Program-made: the position numbers and the translations under genes
NCBI GenBank assembly: GCA_043825735.1
Contig: JBDRRP010000093.1
Location: 124,001-184,826, forward strand
DNA from: Pseudomonadota bacterium
Lineage (GTDB): Bacteria > Desulfobacterota > Desulfobacteria > Desulfobacterales > JBDRRP01
DNA: 60,826 nt
Direction: 5' to 3'
In this document: piece after piece, positions 47,692 to 55,816 of the stretch
Position numbering within the stretch: the first letter of the stretch is position 1
How the letters are laid out: each line of letters starts with the position of its first letter
Notes under the pieces: model-generated
The model's database searches: none
The model's input: only the letters and a program-made list of their open reading frames with translations
Told to the model about the DNA's origin: nothing

Positions 47692-47733
47692 ACCGCCGGA
47701 TCCGTTGACTCGGCCAAAGTCACCTATCTGTCG

Positions 47734-47756
47734 AAAAACATCCTTCGCAAAGGATG
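47734..47756 (-). terminator. Intrinsic-terminator-like hairpin upstream of the giant gene
   Basis: Minus strand CATCCTT-TGCG-AAGGATG followed by TTTTT. The stem is modest. Confidence 0.4.
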
Positions 47757-47875
47757 CTCCTTATCGCTGGCCGGATCGAAGGCGTGGCGGCGCGGTATTG
47801 CCCTTCTGAGGTTCCGCGGGGCGATATTAAGGCCCGAACAAAATATTACCCCGGGAATCTTCAGATTCTTTAGTT

Positions 47876-47902
47876 ATTGTAAAAAGGTTCTGTCAATGTC
47901 AA
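47876..47902 (-). promoter_or_regulatory. Possible sigma70-like promoter with tandem TTGACA
   Basis: Minus strand TTGACA-TTGACAGAACCTTTT-TACAAT in an AT-rich patch between tolC and the giant gene. The spacer is only 15 bp. Confidence 0.4.
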
Positions 47903-47966
47903 TCGCCCCATATGTATATCATTTCACTGAATCCATCGCGGCAGCCGCTTCGCCGCAGCGCCGCCC

Positions 47967-49433
47967 TTATTCCAGCCACTTGTTGATTTCGCCAAGGTCT
48001 GTTTCGTCCAGCGATCCCACCGCCCTTTTCAATCGCAGGCTGTTGAGGATGTACTGATAGTGCGCCTCGGCGTAAGCCATCTTTGCCAGAAACAAATCTC
48101 TTTCCGCGTCAAGAACCGCGACACTCGGAAAAAGGCCGGACTTGAACCCTTCCTTTTTGGCTTCCACCGAAACCTGGTTGGCCATGACGGACTGATGCAG
48201 GGCCGCCGTATTTTCGATGGCGCTTTTTACGCCGAGGAAGGCGTCTTTGCCCTCACGTCTGATCCTTCGGATTTCTTTGATCAGATCCTGCTCAGCGGCC
48301 TGAAAAAGCTTTTGCGCCTCCCGAGTGCGCGATGATACCGCCCCCCCCGAGTAGATGGGCACGCTGACTTCCAGCATGGCCTCAGTCTTTCGGACATCAC
48401 TTTTCCCGCCGAAAAGAGACCCCCCCTCATAATCCTGCCCGGTTCGCCCGACCATGTTCAACTCCGGCCAGTGGCCGCCTTTTTGCATTTTGATCTCGTT
48501 TTTGGCGACTTCGACGGCCTGTCGTTTTGCGAGAATGGCGACATTGTCCTTGAGCGCCGTCTCGATCCAGACATCCATGTCATCGGGATCGGGGTTGACC
48601 ATGGGCAGACCCTGCGTCGCTTCCCCGACGGCAACGTCCTTGGGCATAACGGCGTACTTCAGCTTCGCGATGCGAAAGACCTCCTGGCCGGTAACCTCTG
48701 CCAGGGCTTCCAGGGCATCGGCCAACGTGTTTTCCGCTCGAACCTTTTCCGCCATGACCGAAGCGAGTCTGGCCTTGGCATCGTAAAAATCAGTGATCGA
48801 CGCCAGGCCGCTTTCATATCGCTGCTGGGCCAATTCGAAAGTCAGCGTCAAAGAAGCTTCCTTGGAACGGGTAAAATCCAGGTTGTCGTAAGCCTTAAGG
48901 GCATTGAAATAGGTTTCGGCCACCCTCAGGATGATGTCCTGCTGGGCCGCCGCAAATTCGAAATCCGCTTTCCTGACCGCCTCCTTTGCCTGGGATATCC
49001 GCTGCCACAAGGCATATTGAAGAATGGGTTGGGTCAACTTCAGGCTCCAGCTGTTGCTGGGATAATCAGCCGTTCCGGAACCATAGACGGCGATATCGGT
49101 CGAAATGAGTTCCTGCCGCGTTCGTCGATAATTCGCTTCGGCGGAAAGCGTCGGCAGGTACCCGGCAAGGGCTTGTGTATAAGTCTCCGGGGAGGCCTCG
49201 TGCAGGTACCGATCTCTTTGAAAGGACGGATCGCTCTCCCGGGCAAGCCGGTATATCTGAATCAGATCCCGGGCGTTGTCCTTGGGCCCATCGACGGCCA
49301 TGGGCTGATCGGCCTGGGCTGTGTTTGCCGGCGGCGTTTCCCCTGCTGCAACCACGGCGGCCCAAAAGACCAATAGGGAGAAGCAAAGAAGGCAAGCAGT
49401 GCCGAACGGTTTGCGCTCAGATCGAGGCCCCAT
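47967..49433 (-). CDS. tolC: TolC-family outer-membrane channel (type I secretion type)
   Basis: Signal peptide and two OEP repeats (DLIQIYRLARESDP; ILRVAETYFNALKA; GGHWPELNM; VSVPIYSGGAVSSRTREA; VLDAERDLF; SLRLKRAVGSL). ATG 49433 follows GGAG (the ORF track starts at GTG 49448). Confidence 0.92.
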   Translation of the reverse strand: MGPRSERKPFGTACLLCFSLLVFWAAVVAAGETPPANTAQADQPMAVDGPKDNARDLIQIYRLARESDPSFQRDRYLHEASPETYTQALAGYLPTLSAEANYRRTRQELISTDIAVYGSGTADYPSNSWSLKLTQPILQYALWQRISQAKEAVRKADFEFAAAQQDIILRVAETYFNALKAYDNLDFTRSKEASLTLTFELAQQRYESGLASITDFYDAKARLASVMAEKVRAENTLADALEALAEVTGQEVFRIAKLKYAVMPKDVAVGEATQGLPMVNPDPDDMDVWIETALKDNVAILAKRQAVEVAKNEIKMQKGGHWPELNMVGRTGQDYEGGSLFGGKSDVRKTEAMLEVSVPIYSGGAVSSRTREAQKLFQAAEQDLIKEIRRIRREGKDAFLGVKSAIENTAALHQSVMANQVSVEAKKEGFKSGLFPSVAVLDAERDLFLAKMAYAEAHYQYILNSLRLKRAVGSLDETDLGEINKWLE

Positions 49434-49701
49434 TAAATCGCTCCGCACTTCATTGATCGCATTTCCCCCTGGGAATGTTCATCCGTATACGCTCGGAAAA
49501 CCACCCGGGCTTAGCCCGTGCCGGCCAGTTCGCACGATCCGCTGCCAGTGGCAACCACGCCTGAAAACAGTCCCCTGTTATCCGGCCGGATGGACGCACC
49601 CTTCCCGGGACCGTGATTGGTATCAGCAAATGGTAAAACGCGGTGAGGCCTTTAAGCTAACCCGGCGCCTCCGACGGTGTCAAGGCTATCGGGCAATAAA
49701 G

Positions 49702-49718
49702 AGCAACATCCAGGCCAA
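49702..49718 (-). promoter_or_regulatory. Sigma54 (-24/-12) promoter directed toward tolC
   Basis: Minus strand TTGGCCTGGATGTTGCT: GG-N10-GC with TGGC and TTGC cores. Confidence 0.75.
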
Positions 49719-49733
49719 CAAATCAACTATCTG

Positions 49734-49746
49734 TAATTCATTGATT
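49734..49746 (-). promoter_or_regulatory. IHF binding site
   Basis: Minus strand AATCAATGAATTA is an exact match to WATCAANNNNTTR and lies between the -24 box and the putative UAS. Confidence 0.65.
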
Positions 49747-49769
49747 ATGTGGATATGAATGGCTGATCG

Positions 49770-49806
49770 TGCCCATATATTGTCACGCCTCTGCCCATAT
49801 ATGGGC
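49770..49806. promoter_or_regulatory. Tandem upstream activator sites (putative EBP enhancer)
   Basis: Perfect 14-bp palindrome GCCCATATATGGGC (49793-49806) and imperfect copy TGCCCATATATTGTCA (49770-49785), offset by 22 bp. Confidence 0.65.
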
Positions 49807-49883
49807 TTGTTCCTATTTTTCCTTCATGGTATCGATCGCCCTGAGTTCCCTGACCGAACCACACATACAGTGAGGCACCGCAG

Positions 49884-52673
49884 ATGACTGATTCGCCGGA
49901 CAAGGGCAGCGATGCCGTAAAACTGGAACTGGAATTGGCCCGGGAAGCCTCCAACCGGGGGGACTATGATCTCGCCCTAAACAAGTACGCCGGCCTGATT
50001 CGCCGCTTGGGAGTTCACCCTCACCATGAGGAGCATGGTCCGCTTTTCGTCACAACCGTTCTTGAATTTTCCAACCTTGCGATGCTGGCGGGAAAGGCCC
50101 TCAAACAGGTCTTTTCGCTGCTTCAGACGGCAGGGCGAATCGCGGAAGGATTCGGCGACCGGCGCAGCCAGGCCATGATTCTGCTGCATATCGGCCGGAT
50201 CCTTTTTATTGCCGGCCGAGAGCCTGAAGCGCTGGCGGCCCTGGAGAAAGGCACCGACAGGGTCACTGAACTCGGAGACCCCGATATCCTGGAACAGGCC
50301 AGTGTATTCATCGGCTTTTATCACTTCATCAAAGGGCACCATAAAGTCGCCATGGAGCACCTGGAGCGGAGTCTGGGCGGCAGTGATGAGATGGAAGGCA
50401 TGCAGTTCAGGCCCATGGCCCGAATCGTGTTCGGTTACACCGCCGCCTTCATCGGTCATTTTCACCGATCCATCGGGACCCTCGCCTTCTCCTATCACCT
50501 GGCAAAACGGAAAAGGCACCCCACCATGGCCTCGATCATCGGTGCGGTGCTGGGCATCGTCCTGCTGGCGGCCGGCAAACTCGAAAATGGCCGGTTTCAC
50601 CTGGAAACCGCACGGCAGAATGCCCTGGATACCGGCAACCGCCTGGGCCTCAATATAGCGATCCGCGGCCTGGCCTACTACCATTTCCTCGAAGGCCGAC
50701 TGGAAGAGGCAACGCACCTGGTGGCCACTTTCGAAACGCTGTCTGCCGAAGAAGGTTTTTCGTCTCAGCTCATGACGCCCTGGCTGCTTGAAATGCTCAC
50801 GCAGCTTGAGCGCCTTGGATTGGCAGGCGGCTGGCGATGGCGCTTTGAGGAAACCTTCGATCGGATCATGAAAAACCCCAACATTCACATACAGGGCGTC
50901 GCGCTGCGGCTGCGCAGCGAGCACCTGTTTGCCGATGGTTCACCAACCCAGGCGATTCTCCCTTTGCTGATCCTAAGCGAGGAGCGCCTTCTCATCTCAG
51001 GGGATCCGGCGCAACTCGCCAAGTGCCGGTTTGCCAGGGCGCTGCTGCATGAAAGAGACGGCGATGCCGACGCATGCCGTCAGTATGCCCGCAAAGGTTA
51101 CCGGGAAATCGCCGGATATGACCCGTCGCTGTGCCCCGATGCACTCAGACCCCTGCTGGATGATCACGGGGCGACTGCAAAAACGGCGGATCAAGACACC
51201 GCCTGGGTGACGCTGCTCATCGGCGCCGTGGACCGGCTGACCTTCAAAACCGGGACCGGTGAGTTTTTAAACCGCCTGCTTTTTGTCTTGAATCGGTTTC
51301 TCCAGGATGAACGCGCTGGTGTTTTCTGGATGACCGGCAGCGCCGGGCGCAATGTTGAATTGCGCGCGGCCCGCAACCTGACGCGGGAAGATATCGGGGC
51401 CGACATTTTTGCCGGCAGCATGGCCATCATTCGTAAGACGCTGGCCAGCGGCAGCCCCCTGCTGACACGATTCGATCCTATCGAACCTGAAAAGGATTTC
51501 CGGAAACCGCATTCGATGCTCTGCCTGCCCATCGCCATCGAGGGAACCGTGCGCGGCGTGCTCTACCAGGATAAGACCTATCTGGACAGTCGGTATCGCC
51601 GCATAGACGGTCAAAGCCTGCTGCGGATCACCGACAGCCTGAGCGCAGCAGTCACACGCTCGCTGGAATATAACCGGTTGATTGAAGAAACCCGGGTGTC
51701 GGCCATTGAAACAACGGTTCGGGCCACCCTCCACCACGACCACGATCTGCTGGCCAGAAGCCCCGAAATGATTCGTATCCTGGGGCAGGCCGAAAAGGTC
51801 GCCGGCACCGACGCCTCGATTCTGCTATTGGGCGAAACAGGCACGGGAAAGGAAGTCATGGCCCGATGGATTCACGAAAATAGCCCCCGAAGGGACAAGC
51901 CGTTCATCGTCATCGAGCCGGCGGTGATCCCGGAGAACCTCGTGGAGAGCGAGTTGTTCGGTCATGAACGCGGCGCCTTCACCGGCGCCGACCACCAGAA
52001 AACCGGTCTTGTGGAACTGGCCCATGGCGGCACCCTGTTCATCGACGAGGTCGGGGAGATCCCGGGCCCCATCCAGGTCAAACTCCTTCGCCTGCTTCAG
52101 GAAAAGGCCTTCAACCGCGTAGGCGGAACCAAAACCATCGGTTCCGATTTTCGGTTGCTGGCGGCAACAAACCGGGATCTGCACCAGTTGGTGGCCGCCG
52201 GCCGATTCCGTGAGGACCTGTACTACCGGATCAATGTGATGGAACTGCGCTTGCCCCCGTTGCGCGAGCGCGGTGACGATATCATCTTTCTGGCCAGCCA
52301 TTTTCTATCGCGATGCGCCCGCAAATATAACCGCACCGACCTGACGCTCTCAAAGGGGGATGAGAAACGACTGGCAGGCTATCATTGGCCGGGAAACGTG
52401 CGGGAGCTGCAAAACGTCATGGAGCGGGCAGTACTGCTTTCAGCGGGCAGCAGTTTAAAATTGGACCTGTCCGTCATGCCGCCGGTTTCCGGCCACGGCA
52501 AACTGTATCAGGATCTGCCTTCCATGGACGAAATGCAGTGGCGATATATCCAGTACGTTATCCAGAAAACCGGGGGGCAGATCGGCGGCAGGGGCGGCGC
52601 GGCCCAGGTGCTGGGAATGAAGCGCACGACGCTCCAGGCGCGCATGAAAAAACTGGAGCGCCTTGTTCGCTGA
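49884..52673 (+). CDS. Sigma54-dependent enhancer-binding protein (TPR-like helical region, GAF, AAA+, Fis-type HTH)
   Basis: [55 protein letters not shown] and C-terminal [23 protein letters not shown]-like [20 protein letters not shown]. Confidence 0.95.
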   Translation: MTDSPDKGSDAVKLELELAREASNRGDYDLALNKYAGLIRRLGVHPHHEEHGPLFVTTVLEFSNLAMLAGKALKQVFSLLQTAGRIAEGFGDRRSQAMILLHIGRILFIAGREPEALAALEKGTDRVTELGDPDILEQASVFIGFYHFIKGHHKVAMEHLERSLGGSDEMEGMQFRPMARIVFGYTAAFIGHFHRSIGTLAFSYHLAKRKRHPTMASIIGAVLGIVLLAAGKLENGRFHLETARQNALDTGNRLGLNIAIRGLAYYHFLEGRLEEATHLVATFETLSAEEGFSSQLMTPWLLEMLTQLERLGLAGGWRWRFEETFDRIMKNPNIHIQGVALRLRSEHLFADGSPTQAILPLLILSEERLLISGDPAQLAKCRFARALLHERDGDADACRQYARKGYREIAGYDPSLCPDALRPLLDDHGATAKTADQDTAWVTLLIGAVDRLTFKTGTGEFLNRLLFVLNRFLQDERAGVFWMTGSAGRNVELRAARNLTREDIGADIFAGSMAIIRKTLASGSPLLTRFDPIEPEKDFRKPHSMLCLPIAIEGTVRGVLYQDKTYLDSRYRRIDGQSLLRITDSLSAAVTRSLEYNRLIEETRVSAIETTVRATLHHDHDLLARSPEMIRILGQAEKVAGTDASILLLGETGTGKEVMARWIHENSPRRDKPFIVIEPAVIPENLVESELFGHERGAFTGADHQKTGLVELAHGGTLFIDEVGEIPGPIQVKLLRLLQEKAFNRVGGTKTIGSDFRLLAATNRDLHQLVAAGRFREDLYYRINVMELRLPPLRERGDDIIFLASHFLSRCARKYNRTDLTLSKGDEKRLAGYHWPGNVRELQNVMERAVLLSAGSSLKLDLSVMPPVSGHGKLYQDLPSMDEMQWRYIQYVIQKTGGQIGGRGGAAQVLGMKRTTLQARMKKLERLVR

Positions 52674-52702
52674 CGGCCGCCAACTGCGCCCCTAAAAAAT
52701 TT

Positions 52703-52788
52703 TGAACCACGAAGAACACGAAGTGCACGAAGAAAACCCAAAAAGCAAAAAGGGGGGGGTAGAAAATCTTCGTGAACTTCGTGGTGAT
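52703..52788. repeat. Palindromic REP/MITE-like element (CACGAAG family) between convergent genes
   Basis: TGAACCACGAAGAACACGAAGTGCACGAAGAAAACC ... GGTAGAAAATCTTCGTGAACTTCGTGGTGAT; an inverted copy of 2185-2275. Confidence 0.85.
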
Positions 52789-52794
52789 CAATAC

Positions 52795-53883
52795 TCAGGG
52801 TGCCTGCAGTCCAAGCGCCGCCATGGCGTTGAAGACGGCCGGATGAACGTATTGCTTCGGAGAGCCGATCGGATAGGGCGAGTCGGGCAGCAGGGCCAGC
52901 GAGGCATGCACGCGGGCAAACCGCTCCCGGCAGACATGGCGCACGCGGACAATCTCGGCTGCGATATCGTCCGGTAGGGACGCATCGCATTGAATCAGAC
53001 CGAACGCCACAAGAACGCCTATATCTTCTTTGAGCCCCGGCAGTGAATTTGCGGGCAAACGGGCCGGATACATGATCGGGTCCGTGCTGAAATCGAACCC
53101 CTGATCGACCCATTGCCTGTCCACGGTCAGAAAATGAATGGTGCGGCCGGCATTGAGCAGCATCAGGGTGGGCGGCGTGGGCGCAAGAGCCGACACGATA
53201 TAGCCACCGTCACCGTCGACGTTCACCTTGCCGACAAATCCCAAGGTGGTTGCGTCGATGGTCCCGTTGAGCAGGGCGTCCTTGCATCCCATGAATCCCA
53301 GCGGCGCCCAGTTGATGCCATCGGTGTTGCCGATGCCCTTTCCAAACAGCGCCCGGTCGATGAGCACGCCGGCAAACGGCCGTGCGCTTTCGGCGGTGCC
53401 GACCGTCTTACCCGTCAGATCCGCCAGTCCCGCGATATCTTCTCGAAATGTCCCGAACGCCATAACCATGGCCGGATTGGACACCAGGGTCCGGGTCGTG
53501 GGCCAGGGACATTTTTCAAACGGCGGCCGGCCTTGCGCCACAAACCCCACCGATGTCAGCGCGCCGACGGCAAGGGTGTGTGGGATGTCTCCGGCAATCA
53601 TCTTTTCCCGGTTGGTCGCGATATAGCGGAACATATACATGCCGCCCGGCGTTTCCTGATGGCGGATGCGGACCCAGGAATCCGCCTCCCGGAACACGCG
53701 CTCATAGGCCACGCCCACCTCATACATGTGCGTACCGAAAGAGGTGCTCATCAAGACGACATCCACCGGCTCCCTGACCGACGGCGCAGTGCCGGCCCCT
53801 GCGCTGCCTGTCGCAAACACGACCATCGACAGGACGGCCAGCAGCCCTGATGCACAGATGCGGGTCCGGTGCCTAATTGACAT
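52795..53883 (-). CDS. TAXI-family TRAP transporter solute-binding protein
   Basis: Signal peptide, QETPGG, DIAGLADLTGKTVG, DALLNGTIDA and SLPDDIAAEIV. Overlaps the TRAP permease stop codon. Likely start ATG 53883. Confidence 0.85.
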   Translation of the reverse strand: MSIRHRTRICASGLLAVLSMVVFATGSAGAGTAPSVREPVDVVLMSTSFGTHMYEVGVAYERVFREADSWVRIRHQETPGGMYMFRYIATNREKMIAGDIPHTLAVGALTSVGFVAQGRPPFEKCPWPTTRTLVSNPAMVMAFGTFREDIAGLADLTGKTVGTAESARPFAGVLIDRALFGKGIGNTDGINWAPLGFMGCKDALLNGTIDATTLGFVGKVNVDGDGGYIVSALAPTPPTLMLLNAGRTIHFLTVDRQWVDQGFDFSTDPIMYPARLPANSLPGLKEDIGVLVAFGLIQCDASLPDDIAAEIVRVRHVCRERFARVHASLALLPDSPYPIGSPKQYVHPAVFNAMAALGLQAP

Positions 53884-55816
53884 GATCTTCACCTGCCAGA
53901 TCGAGGATGGGCTCATCTTCACAACCGGGAATATGACGGCAGCGTTTCCACTGTCCGATCAGATAGACGAAAAACAGAAACAACGCGCCCCAAAAAAACA
54001 GGAGACGCCCACTCAATCCATACCCGGTCGATAGAAAAGTCGCCATAGGCAAAAACGCCTGTTCAACCCGAGTGTTGGGCGCCAGCGCATATCGCTGGCA
54101 CCAGCAAACCATGGACACCATGGCCATGGCCAGTGCAACCACTGCAGCCGCAGCGGATAGCAGTGGCTGCGGCGCGAGAAAAAAAACCGGATTGCGGATC
54201 AGAAAAAACGGCAGCGGGAAAAACGGCAGCGCCAGTTTGAGGCTTTCGAGCGTTGTGGCCATATAGCCGGCGCCGCTGATCCGGGAAGCCACCAGAGAGG
54301 GGCCCGATATCGGCGGTATGACGTTTGCCATAACACCGAAATAAAATGCAAAAAAATGAGCCACGATCCGCGACAGGCCAAGATCCGTGAGGATCGGCAC
54401 GGCAGTAAACGCCACGATGGCGTAGGCCGCTACGGTGGGAAGACACGTGCCGAGCAGCAGACAAAGCACCATCGTCAGCAGCAGCGGCGCCCATTGACTG
54501 CCGCCGGCCGCCGCTGCGATAAAGAACCCGATTTTCGTCGTGGCGCCGGTCAAGGTCAGACACTTGAACAGCATGCCGATGCACGCGCAGGCCACACCGA
54601 AGCTCGCCCCAAGGGCGGCGCCTTTGCACAGCCCCGAGACCAGGGCCCGCAGATCCGGCCGGGTCGCTCGTTGCAGGCTTGCTGCGACGAGCAGCACCCC
54701 GATGCCCCCCATGGCGGCATAACCGACGGAGTAATGAACCATGAGCAAAGTCGCCACAACACCCATGGGCAACAGGAAAACCGGCAACCCCGCAACGATG
54801 ATCCGCCGGTTTTCCCGAACAGTGCCCAGGGGGATGCGCTCCCTGCCGGCAATGATGATAACCCCTAAAACGACGATGCCATAAAAGGCGGCCGCCGGTA
54901 CCAGGGCCATGGCCATGATCTGCCCGTATCCGATGCCCAGAAATCCGGCCATGATGAACACGGCGATGCCCATGACCGGCGGCGTCAACTGGCCGCCGGT
55001 CGACGCGACCGCCTCTATGGCACCGGCGGTCGTCTTTTTGAAACCGCCGGCGATCATGGCCGGGATCGTATTGAACCCGGTGATGGCCACATTGGCGGCG
55101 GCGACGCCGTTGAGCATGCCCGTCAGTGTACTTGCGAAAATCGCGGTCTGCCCTGATCCGCCACGGATCTTCCGCCCGAGGAAGACACCGATCTGCATGA
55201 ACAGCGCCGTGATGCCGGTCACCTCGAACAGGGCGCCGAAGACTACCAGGAGAAATATGGTAGTCACCGAAGCATTGAGGACCAGTCCGTAGATCCCCTG
55301 AAAACCGACGCTGAGGCTCGACACCGCATAATCGAAAGGCAGCGCCGGATGGCCGGCATCACCGGGCAGCAGGTGCCCCCCCAGGGCGTAGGCCAGCGCA
55401 GCCAAAGTCAGCACCGGTATCGCCGCCCCGAAGCTGATCCATGTGCCGCCGATAACCAGCACCATGAGCAGTGTGCCCACGACCACATCGGCCGGTTGGG
55501 GAAATCCGGCGGTCATTGCCAGGCGCTCCCGGTTGAAAGCGATATAGGCGATCAGCGCCAGCGCCAGCAGTGCTGCGGCGCCGGCGCTCTTTCGAAACGC
55601 GCCGGGGGCGGTGTCAGCAGCGCGGCTCAAAAAGACGAGCACCAGCGCAAATCCGAGGTGGGTGTTCTGGTTGATGATCTGATCGCCGATAGGAAACAGT
55701 GCGATCAGGGCATGAAAGAGGATCATCGCCAGCGATACGGCGACGATGGCGGTGTTGACAACCGTCGGGGAGAATGCGCCGGAATGCTTCTTCGGCAAAG
55801 GCAGGTCTTCAATCAT
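53873..55816 (-). CDS. TRAP transporter 4TM/12TM fused permease
   Basis: Many TM helices; AGAIEAVASTGGQLTPPVMG, HFFAFYFGVMANVIPP and GGSGQTAIFAS. ATG 55816 overlaps the upstream stop (ATGATTGA). Confidence 0.92.
   Translation of the reverse strand: MIEDLPLPKKHSGAFSPTVVNTAIVAVSLAMILFHALIALFPIGDQIINQNTHLGFALVLVFLSRAADTAPGAFRKSAGAAALLALALIAYIAFNRERLAMTAGFPQPADVVVGTLLMVLVIGGTWISFGAAIPVLTLAALAYALGGHLLPGDAGHPALPFDYAVSSLSVGFQGIYGLVLNASVTTIFLLVVFGALFEVTGITALFMQIGVFLGRKIRGGSGQTAIFASTLTGMLNGVAAANVAITGFNTIPAMIAGGFKKTTAGAIEAVASTGGQLTPPVMGIAVFIMAGFLGIGYGQIMAMALVPAAAFYGIVVLGVIIIAGRERIPLGTVRENRRIIVAGLPVFLLPMGVVATLLMVHYSVGYAAMGGIGVLLVAASLQRATRPDLRALVSGLCKGAALGASFGVACACIGMLFKCLTLTGATTKIGFFIAAAAGGSQWAPLLLTMVLCLLLGTCLPTVAAYAIVAFTAVPILTDLGLSRIVAHFFAFYFGVMANVIPPISGPSLVASRISGAGYMATTLESLKLALPFFPLPFFLIRNPVFFLAPQPLLSAAAAVVALAMAMVSMVCWCQRYALAPNTRVEQAFLPMATFLSTGYGLSGRLLFFWGALFLFFVYLIGQWKRCRHIPGCEDEPILDLAGEDHVN

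Noticed and set aside
47686..47698. ops-like antitermination element (minus strand GGCGGTGTG) before the giant gene
   Set aside because: Only the GGCGGT core matches, which is expected by chance in GC-rich DNA, and there is no NusG paralogue in the window.
48341..48348. G8 tract in tolC as a phase-variation site
   Set aside because: Short, in frame and encoding the usual SGG turn; no evidence of slippage.
49434..49700. c-di-GMP riboswitch in the long tolC leader
   Set aside because: No GEMM-like consensus (GCAAA...GAAA tetraloop...GCAAAG) is recognisable by eye; an Rfam scan would settle it.
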